Part shown: piece after piece, positions 50,936 to 63,110 of the stretch
Position numbering within the stretch: the stretch's first letter is position 1
Layout of the letters: each line of letters opens with the position of its first letter
Source: Camelus ferus
Lineage: Eukaryota
DNA length: 64,000 nucleotides
Direction: 5' to 3'
Assembly: GCF_009834535.1 (NCBI RefSeq)
Contig: NC_045696.1
Coordinates: 109,432,001 to 109,496,000 of the forward strand
Notes under the pieces: model-generated
The model's input: only the letters and a program-made list of their open reading frames with translations
What the model was told of the DNA's origin: nothing
Databases searched by the model: none
Program-made: the position numbers and the translations under genes

Positions 50936-52004
50936 AGGGTGGGGCAGCTCCTTCCGTTTTCACCATTCTTGGGGTTGGGGGCAGGAGGGGCAGCTGACAG
51001 CGAGGGCAACCCCAGGTGAGATTGATCCATTCAGACCTGCCCTGAGTCCCTAAAATAAATGAGTTTATGGCAGCAGTTTCTTTGAAGATCTATAAAAATA
51101 AGATAATTTATCACATGCTGATGATTTAGCCACACATGCCTGAGGCCTGGGCCCACGCCAGTTGGCCTCCTGAAGGCTCACACGAGTTGAGACTTTTTCT
51201 TGAGTCTAAAAACCAGATTCTTTTCATCATTACCTCTGTTGATCCGTAGTAATTCTAGGACCAGGGTTAGGAGCAACTTACAATTAGTTTTGCTTATCAG
51301 CCCGAAACCAGGTAGGAGATTGACTATCTCAAGGCAAATCTGAGGACTGGAATTCCATTAGTTAAACTCCCTGAAGCCTCTTCTTCCAGCAGGTGGTGCT
51401 GGCTTTTGGGGGCTTTGCTATTTGATGAGAGGTTTCCTCCTCCCAATGGGAGGTTCCCTGGCTGCTCTGCACCCTCCCCTTCTAGTTGGGTACAGACTAT
51501 ACATGTCTTACAATGTGAGGAGGAACAGGGGCCACCCAACCTGAGGACCCACCATTTTTCCAGGTTCCTTGTTGTTGGGACAAACTTAACTGATTGCTTA
51601 ATGACATTCCTGCAAAACCCCATGTACCATATGATTTAGGGAAAGGGGATGCAACCATGGGACTGAGATCCAAGTCCCATGCCAGCCTCTTGCTAACTCT
51701 GTGATACAGGGAAGCATTTCTTGCCTTTCCTGAGCCTCAGGGTCCTTAAGTGAAAAAACGGGTAATATGAACAGTTCCCCATGGACGGCAGGCTTCCTAA
51801 GGATTCCCCGGAATGAGGCATAAGAAGGGGGCTTTGTAAGCCATGCTGGGCTCTCTGGGATTGGCATCATCGTGAGGTCAGTTCTTGCCTCAACACATAG
51901 GACTGCACGTTCAAACGTCATTTAAGATCTGTTACTCTGCCAATTACATTTTATGAGTCGAAGTTAATAGTTAAGAGAAACTACAGTTAATAATAATAAT
52001 GTCC

Positions 52005-52344
52005 ATAATGAACTCATCCGCAAAACAGAAACAGACTCACAAACATAGTAAACAATCTTATGGTTACCAGGGGAAAAGGGGCGGGAAGGGATAAATTTGG
52101 AAGTCTGAGATTTGCAAATGTTGACCACTATATATAAAAATAGATAAATAACAAATTTCTTCTGTACAGCACAGGGAACTCTATTCAATATCTTGTAATA
52201 ACCTTTAATGAAAAAGAATATGAAAATGAATATACATATATATATACGCGACTGAGACATTATGCTGTACACCAGAAATTGCCACTGTAACTGACTATAC
52301 GTCAACAAAAAAATAAATAAAATAAAAATAAAAGCTTAAAAAAA
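52005..52344 (+). mobile_element. Young 5'-truncated lineage-specific L1 3' end with poly(A)
   Basis: atgaactcatccgcaaaacagaaacagactcacaaacatag...tgtacagcacagggaactctattcaatatcttgtaataacc...A-tail; TSD AATAATGTCC at 51995-52004 and 52345-52354. Confidence 0.9.
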
Positions 52345-54040
52345 AATAATGTCCCCAAATGGCAAGAGTAGCTAGCAGCAACAGGCCTGCCTGCAGGTAC
52401 TGGTAACTGTGGAAGTATTTTACCCCTGTGTGATCCACATTACACCTCTATCAACTGGATACTGTTACTGTCCGTTACCTTGTTATTGATGAGGAAAACA
52501 AGGCTTGGTGAGGCTGATCTTTGGGGGTGGATACAGCCAGAAAGGGTGGAGTGTTGAGGAGCCAGGAATGTGAGCCTCTAGAGTCAGGGCCCCTAACTGC
52601 TGTGCAGCCCAGCCCTCTCCATCACATGCCCTGCTTGCATGTGTGTTGTGGGGACAGGTTTCAGGGATGGTTTGAGGGAATGGGGAGGGAGAATAATGGA
52701 AATGGGTGGGATGGAGTCGGGTGGGTCAAAGGTCACTCAGACCCTTTCCTCCTGTGACTGTGCCCAGAGCCCTTCCTAGCTTTCATTTTGCATCCTGGTG
52801 ATGAATTTGTGACCTGTGCTGCCACAGAACAATTGGAAGAATGATTTACTGTGAAATAATTATAGATTCCTAGGAAAAATAGTTTTAAGAGGTCCTGGTT
52901 CCTCCCAATAGTTCCGTCTTACCTAACTACAGTAGAATACCAAAGGCAGGAAAATTGACATTGCAATGTGAGTGCTGATCACAGATTAGGGAACCACCAC
53001 CCAACCGCTTCAAGAGAACTGTCCCATCGCCACAAAGACTTCCTTCCTACTACTATCCCTAATCTGCTCTCTATCACTGTATTTTTGTCATTTTGAGAAC
53101 ATTGTATAAGTGGAGTCATGCACTATGTGACCTTTTGAGATTGGCTCTTTTCCATTGAGCTCAATGCCTTCGAGACCCATCCAGGTTGTTCCGTGTATCA
53201 ATAGTTTATTCCTCTCAATGGCTGTGTACTGTGTCCATGGCATGGGAGTATTGTGATCTGTCCAACCATTCACCTACTGAGGGACGTTTGGGTTGCTTCC
53301 AGTTTGGGGCTATTACAGATGAAGCTACAATAAACAGTCATGTACCTGTTTTTGTGTGGACATACATTCTCATTTCTCTGGAGTAAATGCCCAGGAGTTC
53401 ATTTGCTAGGTCATATGGTAGTTGCACGTTGATTTTTAAAAAGAAACTGCCAAACTGTTTTCCAGAGGTGCCATAACATTAGTTCCTTTACATCCTTGCC
53501 AGCAATTGGTGTAGTTACTGCTTTTTATTTCGGCTATTCTAATAAATGTGTGGTGATATCTCATCATGGTCTTAATTTGCATTTCCCCAACGGCTGGTGA
53601 GGTTGAACATCTTTTTATGTGTTTATTTGCCATGTGTATATCCTCTTCACTGAAATATGTCGTATATTTTGTCCATTTTCTAGTTGGATTTTTAAATTAC
53701 TGTTTTGAGAATTCTTTGTGTATGTAAGATACAAGTCCTTTGTTGGGCATGTGGCTTATACATACTTTTTCCCAGTCCATAGCTTATCTTTTCAGCCTCT
53801 TAATAGGATCTTTTGTGGAGAAAAAGGTTTCGATTCTGAGGAAGTCCAATTGATCAATTTTTAATTTTCTCGATCCTGCTTTTGGTGTCATGTCTAAAAA
53901 CCCTTCACCAAATCCTGGCTCCGGAAGGTGTTCTCCTGTGTTTTCTTGTATAAGAGTTGTAATTTTACATTTAAATCTATGATCCATTTTGAGTTCATTT
54001 TTGTACAGGTGTGAGGTTTAGGTCAAAGTTTGTTGTCTTT

Positions 54041-54193
54041 TTTTTTTTAATTTTTAATTTTTTAACATTTTTTTATTGAGTTACAGTCATTTTACAATGT
54101 TGTGTCAAATTCCAGTGTAGGGCACAATTTTTCAGTTATACATGAACATACATATATTCATTGTCCCATTTCTTTTTTCGCTGTGAGCTACCA
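54041..54193 (-). mobile_element. Young L1 3' end, copy A (antisense)
   Basis: Poly(T) start, then tttattgagttacagtcattttacaatgttgtgtcaaattccagtgtag...ctgtgagctacca; flanked by target copies 54025-54040 and 54195-54210. Confidence 0.9.
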
Positions 54194-54210
54194 CAAAGTT
54201 TGCTGTCTTT

Positions 54211-54397
54211 TAGATAAACAAGATTATACTGTATAGCACAGGGAAATATACACAAGATCTTATGGTAGCTCACAGAGAAAGGAATGTGACAATGAATATA
54301 TATATGTTCATGTATAATTGTAAAATTGTGCTCTACACTGGAATTTGACACAACATTGTAAAATGATTATAAATCAATAAAAAATGTTAAAAAAAAA
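54211..54397 (+). mobile_element. Young L1 3' end, copy B (sense)
   Basis: tagataaacaagattatactgtatagcacagggaaatatacacaagatcttatggtagctcacag...aataaa, poly(A); flanked by target copies 54195-54210 and 54398-54413. Confidence 0.9.
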
Positions 54398-55808
54398 AAA
54401 GTTTGCTGCCTTTGCTTGTGGTTATGCAATCGCTCCTGCACCATTTGTTGAAAAGACTATCCTTTCTATATTGAATCACTTTTGCACTTTTGTTGAAAAT
54501 CAGTTGGCCATACTTGTGTGGGTCCATTCTGTGTTTTCTATCCTGTTTCACTGATGTATGTGTATGTCTCTCTGCCAATACCACAATGTCTTGATTAGTG
54601 TAGCTTAGCAGCAAGTCTTGCTATTGGGTAAAAGCTTGATTTTTATTCTGCAGTGGTATGGTTACCAAATCTTACAACGCATTCAGTTTCCCTTCTACTC
54701 TGCCTTTTAGGAAGATTTAAGGATAGACTGAAAGTTTGCTTTTAGTAACTGGTTGGGGTCTTATGTATTCATGTGCTCCAGCTTTTGTTCTGGCCTTAGC
54801 TGAATGGTTGTCCTTTCCCTTGAACTTGATTTTTTAATCTATGTTCCTGAACTTTTTCTGTTCTTAATGACAGCCCTGCAAGGGAGGTATCAGCATCTCC
54901 ATTTCACACTTGAAATCGAGGCGTGTCCAAGACCACATATCCAGTACACGGCAAAGCAGGAGTTCCCACCGGGGTCCTCTCACTCCCAGCCCCCTACTTC
55001 CCACAAACACAGATGCCTCTCAGTTCTGGATTCTCTCATCTGTGAATATCTGGGCCTGAGCCCAGAGATCTCTGAGGTCCTTTCAGGTTCTCAGATTCTC
55101 AGTTTCATATAGTTAAATTGCCGACTGAGATGAGATTAGGAGCAGGGCCAGTTGGGTCTGAGCTGTGATGGGAGACCTGCTCCGAAACCTGGCAAGAGTG
55201 GAGGGTGTGGGCTGGCTGGCTTGTCTTGGATCGATCCCAGCTCTCTCAGTTTAGAGGACCTTCATTCCCTGGGTATGTCCTTCTTGATTCCCTGGGATGG
55301 CTTAAATTTGATCAGGGGCAGAGGATGAAACCAAAGCAAGGAGTCTCAGGCTATACTGTGGGGTGATGGATGGGAGGGTACCTTCCAGTGAGCAGCCCTC
55401 TTCCAGAGCCGTCTTCTTAGCTTCTTTGTTTCCCTTGTTGGTGGAGATGCCATGGAGGCTCTGGCTTGGGGGAAGGGTTCCAGCCCCGGGCAGTAACCCC
55501 AGAGCTTGTGACCTTTGGGACACTCAATCTTGTCAGCATTGGCACTGGTGCCCCTGCCTCTAGAAATGTGGGCAGACTAACCCTTTCTTAGAGATTGAGT
55601 GTATACTTAAGCCCTTGATGACAAATTTCATTTTATTTACCCAGACATCTGCCGTAACTTTTTATGCTCTGAAGGCCGCTCCATCCAACACCCTTAGGAG
55701 CACAGAAGGCCTCCGTTAAAAGGCAGCTGGTACCAGAGAGGGCTGTAGTAAGCTAGTGCTTGTCAAGCTGCCCCACCCAGATGCCCTGAATTCTAGAAGG
55801 GAGTGAGC

Positions 55809-56085
55809 GGGTTTCCAAACGGGGTAAGACAAGGGGATGAAGGAAGGGTTTGGAGATGTGTTTTGACCAACCGTGAATATTACATTTCCATGGTATTTTA
55901 TGTTTTATCCTAAAATCAACTGAATTTTATAGTTTCCTCCACAATATATATGTTTTTCTAAATAATATGCTGTATTTTCCCCCAAATCTTGGAGTAACAC
56001 TGATGCTCCAGGAAGCTCTGCTGTGGCTAACTCACGTCTCCCAAATGTGACTCCCAGGTGGAACATAACAAGTTTGGGAAACAAC
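55809..56085. mobile_element. Probable hAT-Charlie MITE
   Basis: AT-rich interior bounded by inverted ends gtttccaaac...gtttgggaaac; family not identified. Confidence 0.4.
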
Positions 56086-56661
56086 ACAGCAGACCTCTAG
56101 TCAGAGCTAGTTTATCTGGTTAATTCACCCAGCCAGCTTTTTGGGCACAGAGGGAACGGTATCTAGAAACTGTAAGTGAGACTGGTGTGGGGTGTGGATG
56201 GCAGACAATTCCTGGGCGGAGCCCATGGAACATTCCGGGAGAGGAGCTGGCCAGAGAATGCAGTGAGACCCCTGTGGGCCTGGGGAAAAGGGGTAGTGGC
56301 GGAGGGGAAGGGGAGGGGGGCCAGCAGGCTTCCAGAGCCACCCTTGTCCTGCCCAGTTGGCTACCAGAGAGATTGCAGGATGGGATTAAACTGACCACGT
56401 TCTTGGTCTGTCTTACAAGTCATTCCTGCCTGCGCGTCAGGCCCTTCTGAAGTTGACCTGCTTTGCCTTGGATTCGCAGTGCGGCTGAGGGAAGTGGCAG
56501 GGAGCTGAGCGTTGGTGCAGTTGCCTGGGCCTCACTTGTTTATAAGCCTTGACTGAGTGTCTGCTTGGGGGAGGCTCTTCCCCAGGCTTCCCTGTTTGCT
56601 CTTGGCTCCCTAAGAGGCCCCCAAGTTTCCAAGAAACAATTGTCTGTAGTGTCTACTTCCC

Positions 56662-56773
56662 AGTGGGACCAACTGTTTCAATTTGCCAATGACTGAGGGG
56701 GTTCCCGGGACACAGGATTTTCAGTTTGAAAACTGGAAAAGTTCTGGGCAGGTTGGGATGAGTTGGTCACCCC
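56662..56773 (-). mobile_element. MER81 hAT-Blackjack MITE
   Basis: gaccaactg...tttgcc...gactgagggggttcccgggac...ttttcagt...aaaactgg...gttggtcaccc with inverted ends. Confidence 0.8.
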
Positions 56774-59382
56774 ACCCCTTCCCTTGCCGTGACCTTTTAT
56801 AAGAATGGACTTCCACCCACTGACTGCGGGGCAGGGGAGGCACTGATGGAGGGTCAGGGATGGTGCCCAGCAATGGACATCAGCCTCAGGGACCCCTGGC
56901 AGGAAGGAACTGGAGGCTTCCGACAAGAGCAGGGCCTATTTCTCCTCTGGTTAGTATGCGGAAGTCCTGCCTTCATTACTTGTCAGGATTTGTACAGCAT
57001 TTTTAACTTCTCACTGTATAGCATCCAGATGTGTAATGATAAAACTGAGCTGTAGAAACACGGTGCTCCTGGCTTGGAGAATTACTGAATTTCAGAATTG
57101 AAAGTGATGAGAAAGCTCATGTGCTCAGAGGCAGGAAGCCTCTTGATGATGTCCTTGCCTCTGCTTGCATAGCCCCAGTGATGGAGAACTCACCACCTCA
57201 CAAGGCAGGCCAAGCCATGGTAGCACCTCAGGCTTTTGGCAAGTTTCTCCTCTGAGCTGAGTCTGCCCCTGCGCTTCCATGCACATCCCCCCGAGCGGAG
57301 CTGGCAGAACCCCTGCCTTCCTGGTCACTCTCCTCCCTGTTTCTGGTAGAAGGCAGTCTCCCCTCTCCCAAAAGTCCCTTTAACTGAGTGAAAGTAGAAA
57401 GCCAAGTGGCCTGGGCTACCCTCTTCTAAATAGCCCTGCCAGGCTCTGAAGGTGGGCGTTACTGAGAAGCCCCTGTGACCCCCTGACTCTCATCCCAGAT
57501 CACAAAGGTTTCCTTGCTGGTTCTCGTTATCATTCATGTGGGGGCCTCAGGCTTTGTGGAGGGTAGTAGGCCCAGGGATTCCTGGAACCAGCAGAGGCCT
57601 TCCCATGATGGGAACTCCCCCACATCAGGCCCTGCAAGTTTGTTATGCCCCCGTGAGCCAAAGGCCTGCTCCTGCTGCCCCTCACTTCTCCCTGACTTTG
57701 GGAGCTTTCAGGACGTATTCATGCCAAGCCTGGAAGAGCCCCAGACGGTCCACCCTCCAGCCTCCAGCTGGATGACATCTCTCTGGAGCAAGTAGACAGG
57801 GGGCTCACTGGGGACCACAGCCCCTGACTTTATCACTAGGGGGCCCAACAGAGACCCTTATGGAGGGCATCTGGCCTTATGCCAGTGGGATGTTCTTGTG
57901 GGTCCCGGTCTGTACCCCAGGGCCACAACCGCCGATCCCACTCACCCGGACTGGTAGAGTCAAACTGATGTAGAATCAGCCTTGTTTAGTGGGCTGTCTC
58001 CACCCCTGGACCTTGTCACTGGCTTGGAAAGTGAGCCTCAGGGCCTTGTGGCTGCCGTTTCATTTTCAAACTGCCCTTGTTGTCAGGAGGCGCTCCTCCT
58101 GGGCTCACTGCTGCTCCAGCTGCCTCCTCCTTCAGGACTCAGTGCCTCCTCCTTCATGGACCCACTGAATCGACGTGTAAATGAAATCCATAAATGCGTA
58201 CACTTAACAAGGACTGGGGACAAGCGATAGTCAAGCCTGTTTGGGTTGCCTTAAAGTCACAAAGATTCAGAATTCCCGTCCTCAGCCCCAGCATATTTTT
58301 AGCAGCAATTATGATTTTGTGAGCTATCCTCACAAAGACGGATACATTTTATTAGAACGTGTATGTGTGGTAAAACACAACTCGAAAAAAACTACCAATT
58401 AAATAGATAAACAACAAGGGCCTACTAGAGAGCACAGGGAGCTGGAAGATACTTTGCTGTGAATGCAAATGCATTGGGAGCACCCAGATGTGGCCGATTT
58501 CGTGAAATAACAAGGTCAGGTCCTTTCAGAAACGCTGTCGGTGTTACGAGGTGCGTGTTGTCCGCATTATGTATAGTGGAGGAGATTGGCGGGCAGCTTG
58601 TGGAAGTTGCCACATTGCCTGGTGACAGAGCTGGGATGTGGGGGCTCATCCTCTGTGGCTGCTCCCTGTGTCCCACCGCAGTCCCCGACCAGCCCCGCCA
58701 GGGCTCTGTTACTTCAGTCTCCATGCCGACAGACAGCAGGCTGCTTATTTATATTTATTGTTTTATCTTCCCGAGCCAGATTTGACCCTGGTGGCCCCGA
58801 AAGGCCTTGTTCCTCAGTTTTCCTCTCTTACTGCACGTTCCCTCCCCATCGGTCATAAGGCAAGACTGATACCCCAGCTGAACAGCACCAGCAGTTAGAC
58901 CAGCAGCCCAGCATGGGGTGGGGGCGGCAATCAGGTGGCTTACACACACTCCCAGAAAGAATACATGGAAACCTAGTCCGCTGAACCACTTTTTATCGTG
59001 TAACTTACCTGCTCAGGAACTTAAGGTGAGGAAGCGACTTGTATATCTAGCAACTGGAGAGGCAATAAATAAATCATGGGACATCCATCTGTGAGGTATT
59101 TGCAAATCATTTTGTTAAGTTTTATTGTGAATAGTTTCAACTTGGGGCAAGTGTTCGTTCCGTGATGTTCAGTAGAGGCTGTGGGATGGACAGCCCTACG
59201 CAGAGGTGGTCCAGATTTTTAAAAGTCGCAAGACTTGAAGCCGTTACACCTAACCAGAGATAGTTCTCTGAGTGGACAGCCTCTAAATGGTTTTGGTTTT
59301 CTTTTTTTGTGATGTTCTGTGTTTTCTATACTTCTACAGTAAACACACCCTGCATTTACAATTCGAAAAAAAAATTACCAAC

Positions 59383-59570
59383 TAAATAGATAAACAACAA
59401 GGACCTACTAGAGAGCACAGGGAACTGTATTCAGTATCTTGTAATAGCCTATAATGAAAAAGAATACGAAAAAAAAGGTACATATAACTGAGTCACTATG
59501 CTGAACACCAGAAAGCAACACAACATTGTAGATCAAAAATACTTCTAAATAAATAAATACATACATACAT
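59383..59570 (+). mobile_element. Young 5'-truncated L1 3' end inserted at the A-tail of an old L1ME end
   Basis: aaatagataaacaacaaggacctact...agcacagggaactgtattcagtatcttgtaatagcctataatgaaaaagaata...caacattgta...(aaat)n tail. Confidence 0.85.
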
Positions 59571-60334
59571 TTCCAAAGAAACCTAAAAAAAAAAAGCCCC
59601 GAAGTCTGTGATGACCCCCTGCACCCATCTTTGTCCAGGGCAGCGAGATCTCTTATTGTGGTACATGAAATTAAGACATGAGGTGGGAGAAGGCTGGTCT
59701 CCAGGTCCTTGAGGGTGGACCAAGGATGCAGCCAGGAGGGCAGTGAGGGGATGGAGTTTTTGGAAGGACCATTCCTGTGCCCATCACTGTTCCCACTGCA
59801 TTTTTACATCCATTATTTCATTTGAGTCTTCGGGCTCCTCAGCGATGGAGGTGAAGTCAGGTAACAATACTTTAACTCTTAAAGAGAGGTAAAACTATAG
59901 AACGTTTTCCTTCCTGGGAAGATTGAGAGGCGCTTCTGTCCAGGAGGGCCTCTTTGCTGTCCTGACGCCCACTCCTAAGGGCTGGCTCAGAGCTCAGGCA
60001 TCCAGCCCTAAGGGCTGGCCAAGCGTCTGAAGGAAGTGAGTGTACCCGATGGGCTCCGAGCCAGGTGGGAAGAGCGAGCCTGAAGGGGAGGCAGCGAGGG
60101 CAGGGGCTGGCACAGGATCTGCCGAGTGCCTCCTGGAGTCGGGTCCTTGGCCTGGAGCTTTACACCCAGGAGGGTGTGGTAGCAGCCCAGAGGGGGCTTT
60201 CCCCCGGTCATTTTGGTGGGCCTTGAGTCATTTGGTGACGTGCTGTTTGTAAGGCAGCACTTTGCTCGTGTCATAAACAGCAGGGGTTTCAGAACTCTGA
60301 GACCAGGACCAGTGTCAGGCCAGCTGCCTGAGAC

Positions 60335-60530
60335 GCATTCATTCGTTCATTCATTCTTGTAGCACGTCATGGTTGATCACCTCTGTCAACCACTGGATTT
60401 ACAATGATGAACAAAAAAGAGTGGGCCATGCCCTCATGAGGGACATAAACAGTGGGCAGATGCACAGATAGATGCAAAGTTATAAGACGTGACAAATTAG
60501 AGAGGAAAGAACTGAATTTTATGAGGGAGA
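60335..60530 (-). mobile_element. L2 3' end, antisense
   Basis: cattcattcgttcattcattc followed by acaatgatgaacaaaaaa...tgccctcatgag. Confidence 0.7.
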
Positions 60531-60839
60531 AGGCGGGGAGACACAGAACACGGCTCTGCTCGCCACCTCTGGGCCCAGGGTCTCTGACCTCAACAAGCCA
60601 CCTTCATGCTTCTGCTGTGTGACCTCTGCATGGGGAACAAACCTGAATCAGACAAGGTCCCTGGCTTCCAAAGGCTCTGGTTAGCTGGGATAAGATGGAT
60701 CTTAAAGAACTATAGTGAACTGTGGTTTTCATCAACATGACAGGTTTACATAACATGGGACCCTCCTACTACAAATACCTAGAGATGCTGCGTCAAATAG
60801 AACACCACCAAATATTAAAATACACAGAGCTGAGCTGGC

Positions 60840-63110
60840 GAGAAAGAAAGTGAAGTCTTCAGGTACAGGAAGTGATGAATGAGTAGAACATCCAAACAAG
60901 GAGTGTGCCAGCTGGCCCTGCAGCACGGGTCAGAAAGGAAGTCCCCAAGGAACTCCTACTGGAGATTGGGTGTTAGTGATCACACAGGCACCAATGATGA
61001 CGTGCAAACTTGGCACACAAGAAGTTGGGCCCCTTGGTGAGAAGGGAACCAGTAAAACTCTGGCCACCACCCTAGGGACAGCAGAGAGGTCTGTCTCTAA
61101 AAGGACCTCTGGGTGAAATAACTCCTCTGAGAAGTCAAAGCCCCAAGCCTGTGCCACTTGGAATTGGAAACAGAGTGTATACTATCCATGTGATATGAGA
61201 ATCTCTAAACAAATTAGCATAACAGTTGGTTCTGGGCTGGTGGTAACTCTTTGCCATCTGGTAGACTCTAGTAAAACCACGCTAGGGGGATGCTTCTACA
61301 ATCCAGAGCAACCGGAATCCCCAGGAGAAGACAATGCCGGTGGGAGAGGAGCTTACGATAAACAGCAACACAAGGAAATGACCCACCATGGGCAACAGGC
61401 AGCAATGAGGAAGATTAGCACCTCAAGATTCTGAGGTAATGGAACATTCCGAAAGAGGCTATAAAAATATATTGAAATGTTTCAGGAAGTGTAAGAAGAA
61501 TCACAAAACACCAGGAAAGAACAAACACCATGAAAAAGGAACAGATTTGAGAAACACATGGGAATTCTAGAAATGACAAATATAGATATCGAGAGTAAAA
61601 ATTCAGGGAATGGTTAAATGGCAGATTAGATGCAATGACTGGTTAATTAACAGATTAGATAATTTCCCGACTTGAGGTGCTTAACTTAATGACATCTGAT
61701 GATAATTTGTAAGTGAGAGATAGGGTTGAAGAAGTCACTTGAATGCAGCACAGAGGAATGAAGAAGTGGAGACTGTGAAAGGCAGGTTAAGAGGGTAAAA
61801 AGTAGAAACCTCATTAACCCAGAGGAGGCTGGAAAAGAGAGACTAAAAGCCAAACAAAATAAAAACAAACGTATGAACAGACAGTAAAAATAAAGTCCAA
61901 TATAAGTCTGAAGTGAATACCAAAAAAGAGAACAGAATGAATACATGATAGATAATATAGGAAAAAAATGATAGAGAGTTTCCAGAATTAACGACATATA
62001 GTATCTCAAAATAAAGACAGCACAGTAAGTTCTTATAGGAATTTACAAAAAAAAGTACAGCTGTACATATCACACTGAAACTGCAGAACAGAAAAGAAAG
62101 AGAAATTCTCAGAGCTACTTCTAGAGTCCAATTACAGATTACCTATAAAAGTCAAAAACTAGACCAAGAAGAGTCATCTCTAAGTAAATAATAGATATAC
62201 TTGAAAACAATGGAATAGTTTTCAAAATGCTGAAAGAAAATTACCACCGAATTCAAATTTTGTAACTAAATGGTAATTCAAGAGGGCAAATAGAGATTTT
62301 CAAATTTAGTAATCACGAATCCTCACTAAAATACACCACTGAAGGATGAAGTTCATAAAGCAAGAAGCCAAACACAGATGCAAACAATACGAAGAGTGGT
62401 GGTAATTGTTGATTGTGGAGGGCAGAAAAGAAGGAATCAGAGTAAGACGCACTGATAATGTGAAGAATTGGAAGGGAAATTTTGGCTTTAAAATCTTCGG
62501 TCCTTGGTTTGCTTGCAGGGAGAGTGGAAGAATTAATTAACTTTAGTCTTTGTTAAGTAAGTCAGTCATGTTTGTTAAAACGTATGGGTAATCATTCAGA
62601 AAAAAGACATTGAGTGCGTACCTTCCAAAGTGGAAGAGAGTAAGAAGTAGAAAACGCATTAACCCAGAGAAGGCTGGAAAAGCAAGAAAGCAAGAAAGAA
62701 AGGAAGAAAGAAAGAAAACAAACAAAAAACATTACGGTAGATAGAAGCACCACAAAATGAGGTAGATATGAATCTAGATTTATCAAAGATGGACTATTCT
62801 CACCACATCAAAGCTAGAGAATCTCAGATTGGATTAAAAAGAGAGAGAGAAAATCTGGTTCCATGTTCCTTAAAGGTAAAAGCTGAAAATCCAGGGGCAA
62901 AAAGAATGTGTATTGGAAGAATGCCAAATAAAAGAAAGAATCCTCTATTTTAAAAACAGAGAAAAATGTTTACGGCAAAGAGCACAACAGATTGCGAGAT
63001 GCTGGCAACGTCTACAGCTGACTAGGAACGAATATCTAGACTATACAAAGATCTTCTGCTAATCAACAAGAAAAAAGATCAGAAACACAACAGAAAAATG
63101 TGTGAGGGTC
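60840..63110 (+). mobile_element. Old L1M/HAL1-like 5'/ORF1 remnant plus further L1 fragments
   Basis: A-rich + strand with ORF1-like phrases (gggaatggttaaatggcagattaga, gaatgcagcacagag, aactgcagaac, gaaaacaatggaatagttttcaaaatgctgaaagaaaa); no intact frame. Confidence 0.65.

Larger units (their letters stand above)
52845..54630 (-). mobile_element. L1MC/L1MB-type LINE remnant (ORF2 C-terminus and 3' UTR), antisense
   Basis: Minus-strand peptides ANKHIKRCSTSPAVGEMQIKTMMRYH (53436-53633) and YGQLIFNKSAKVIQYRKDSLFNKWC (54387-54614) resemble L1 ORF2p; broken by stops and frameshifts. Confidence 0.9.

Noticed and set aside
54025..54413. Twin-priming inversion, or a CRISPR-like repeat-spacer array
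   Set aside because: Both parts carry the same 3' sequence and their own tail, with three target copies, unlike twin priming. The spacers are L1 ends in a mammalian genome with no cas genes.
53436..54614. L1 ORF2-like peptides as functional CDS
   Set aside because: Real homology, but fragmented by stops, frameshifts and insertions; recorded as a mobile-element remnant.
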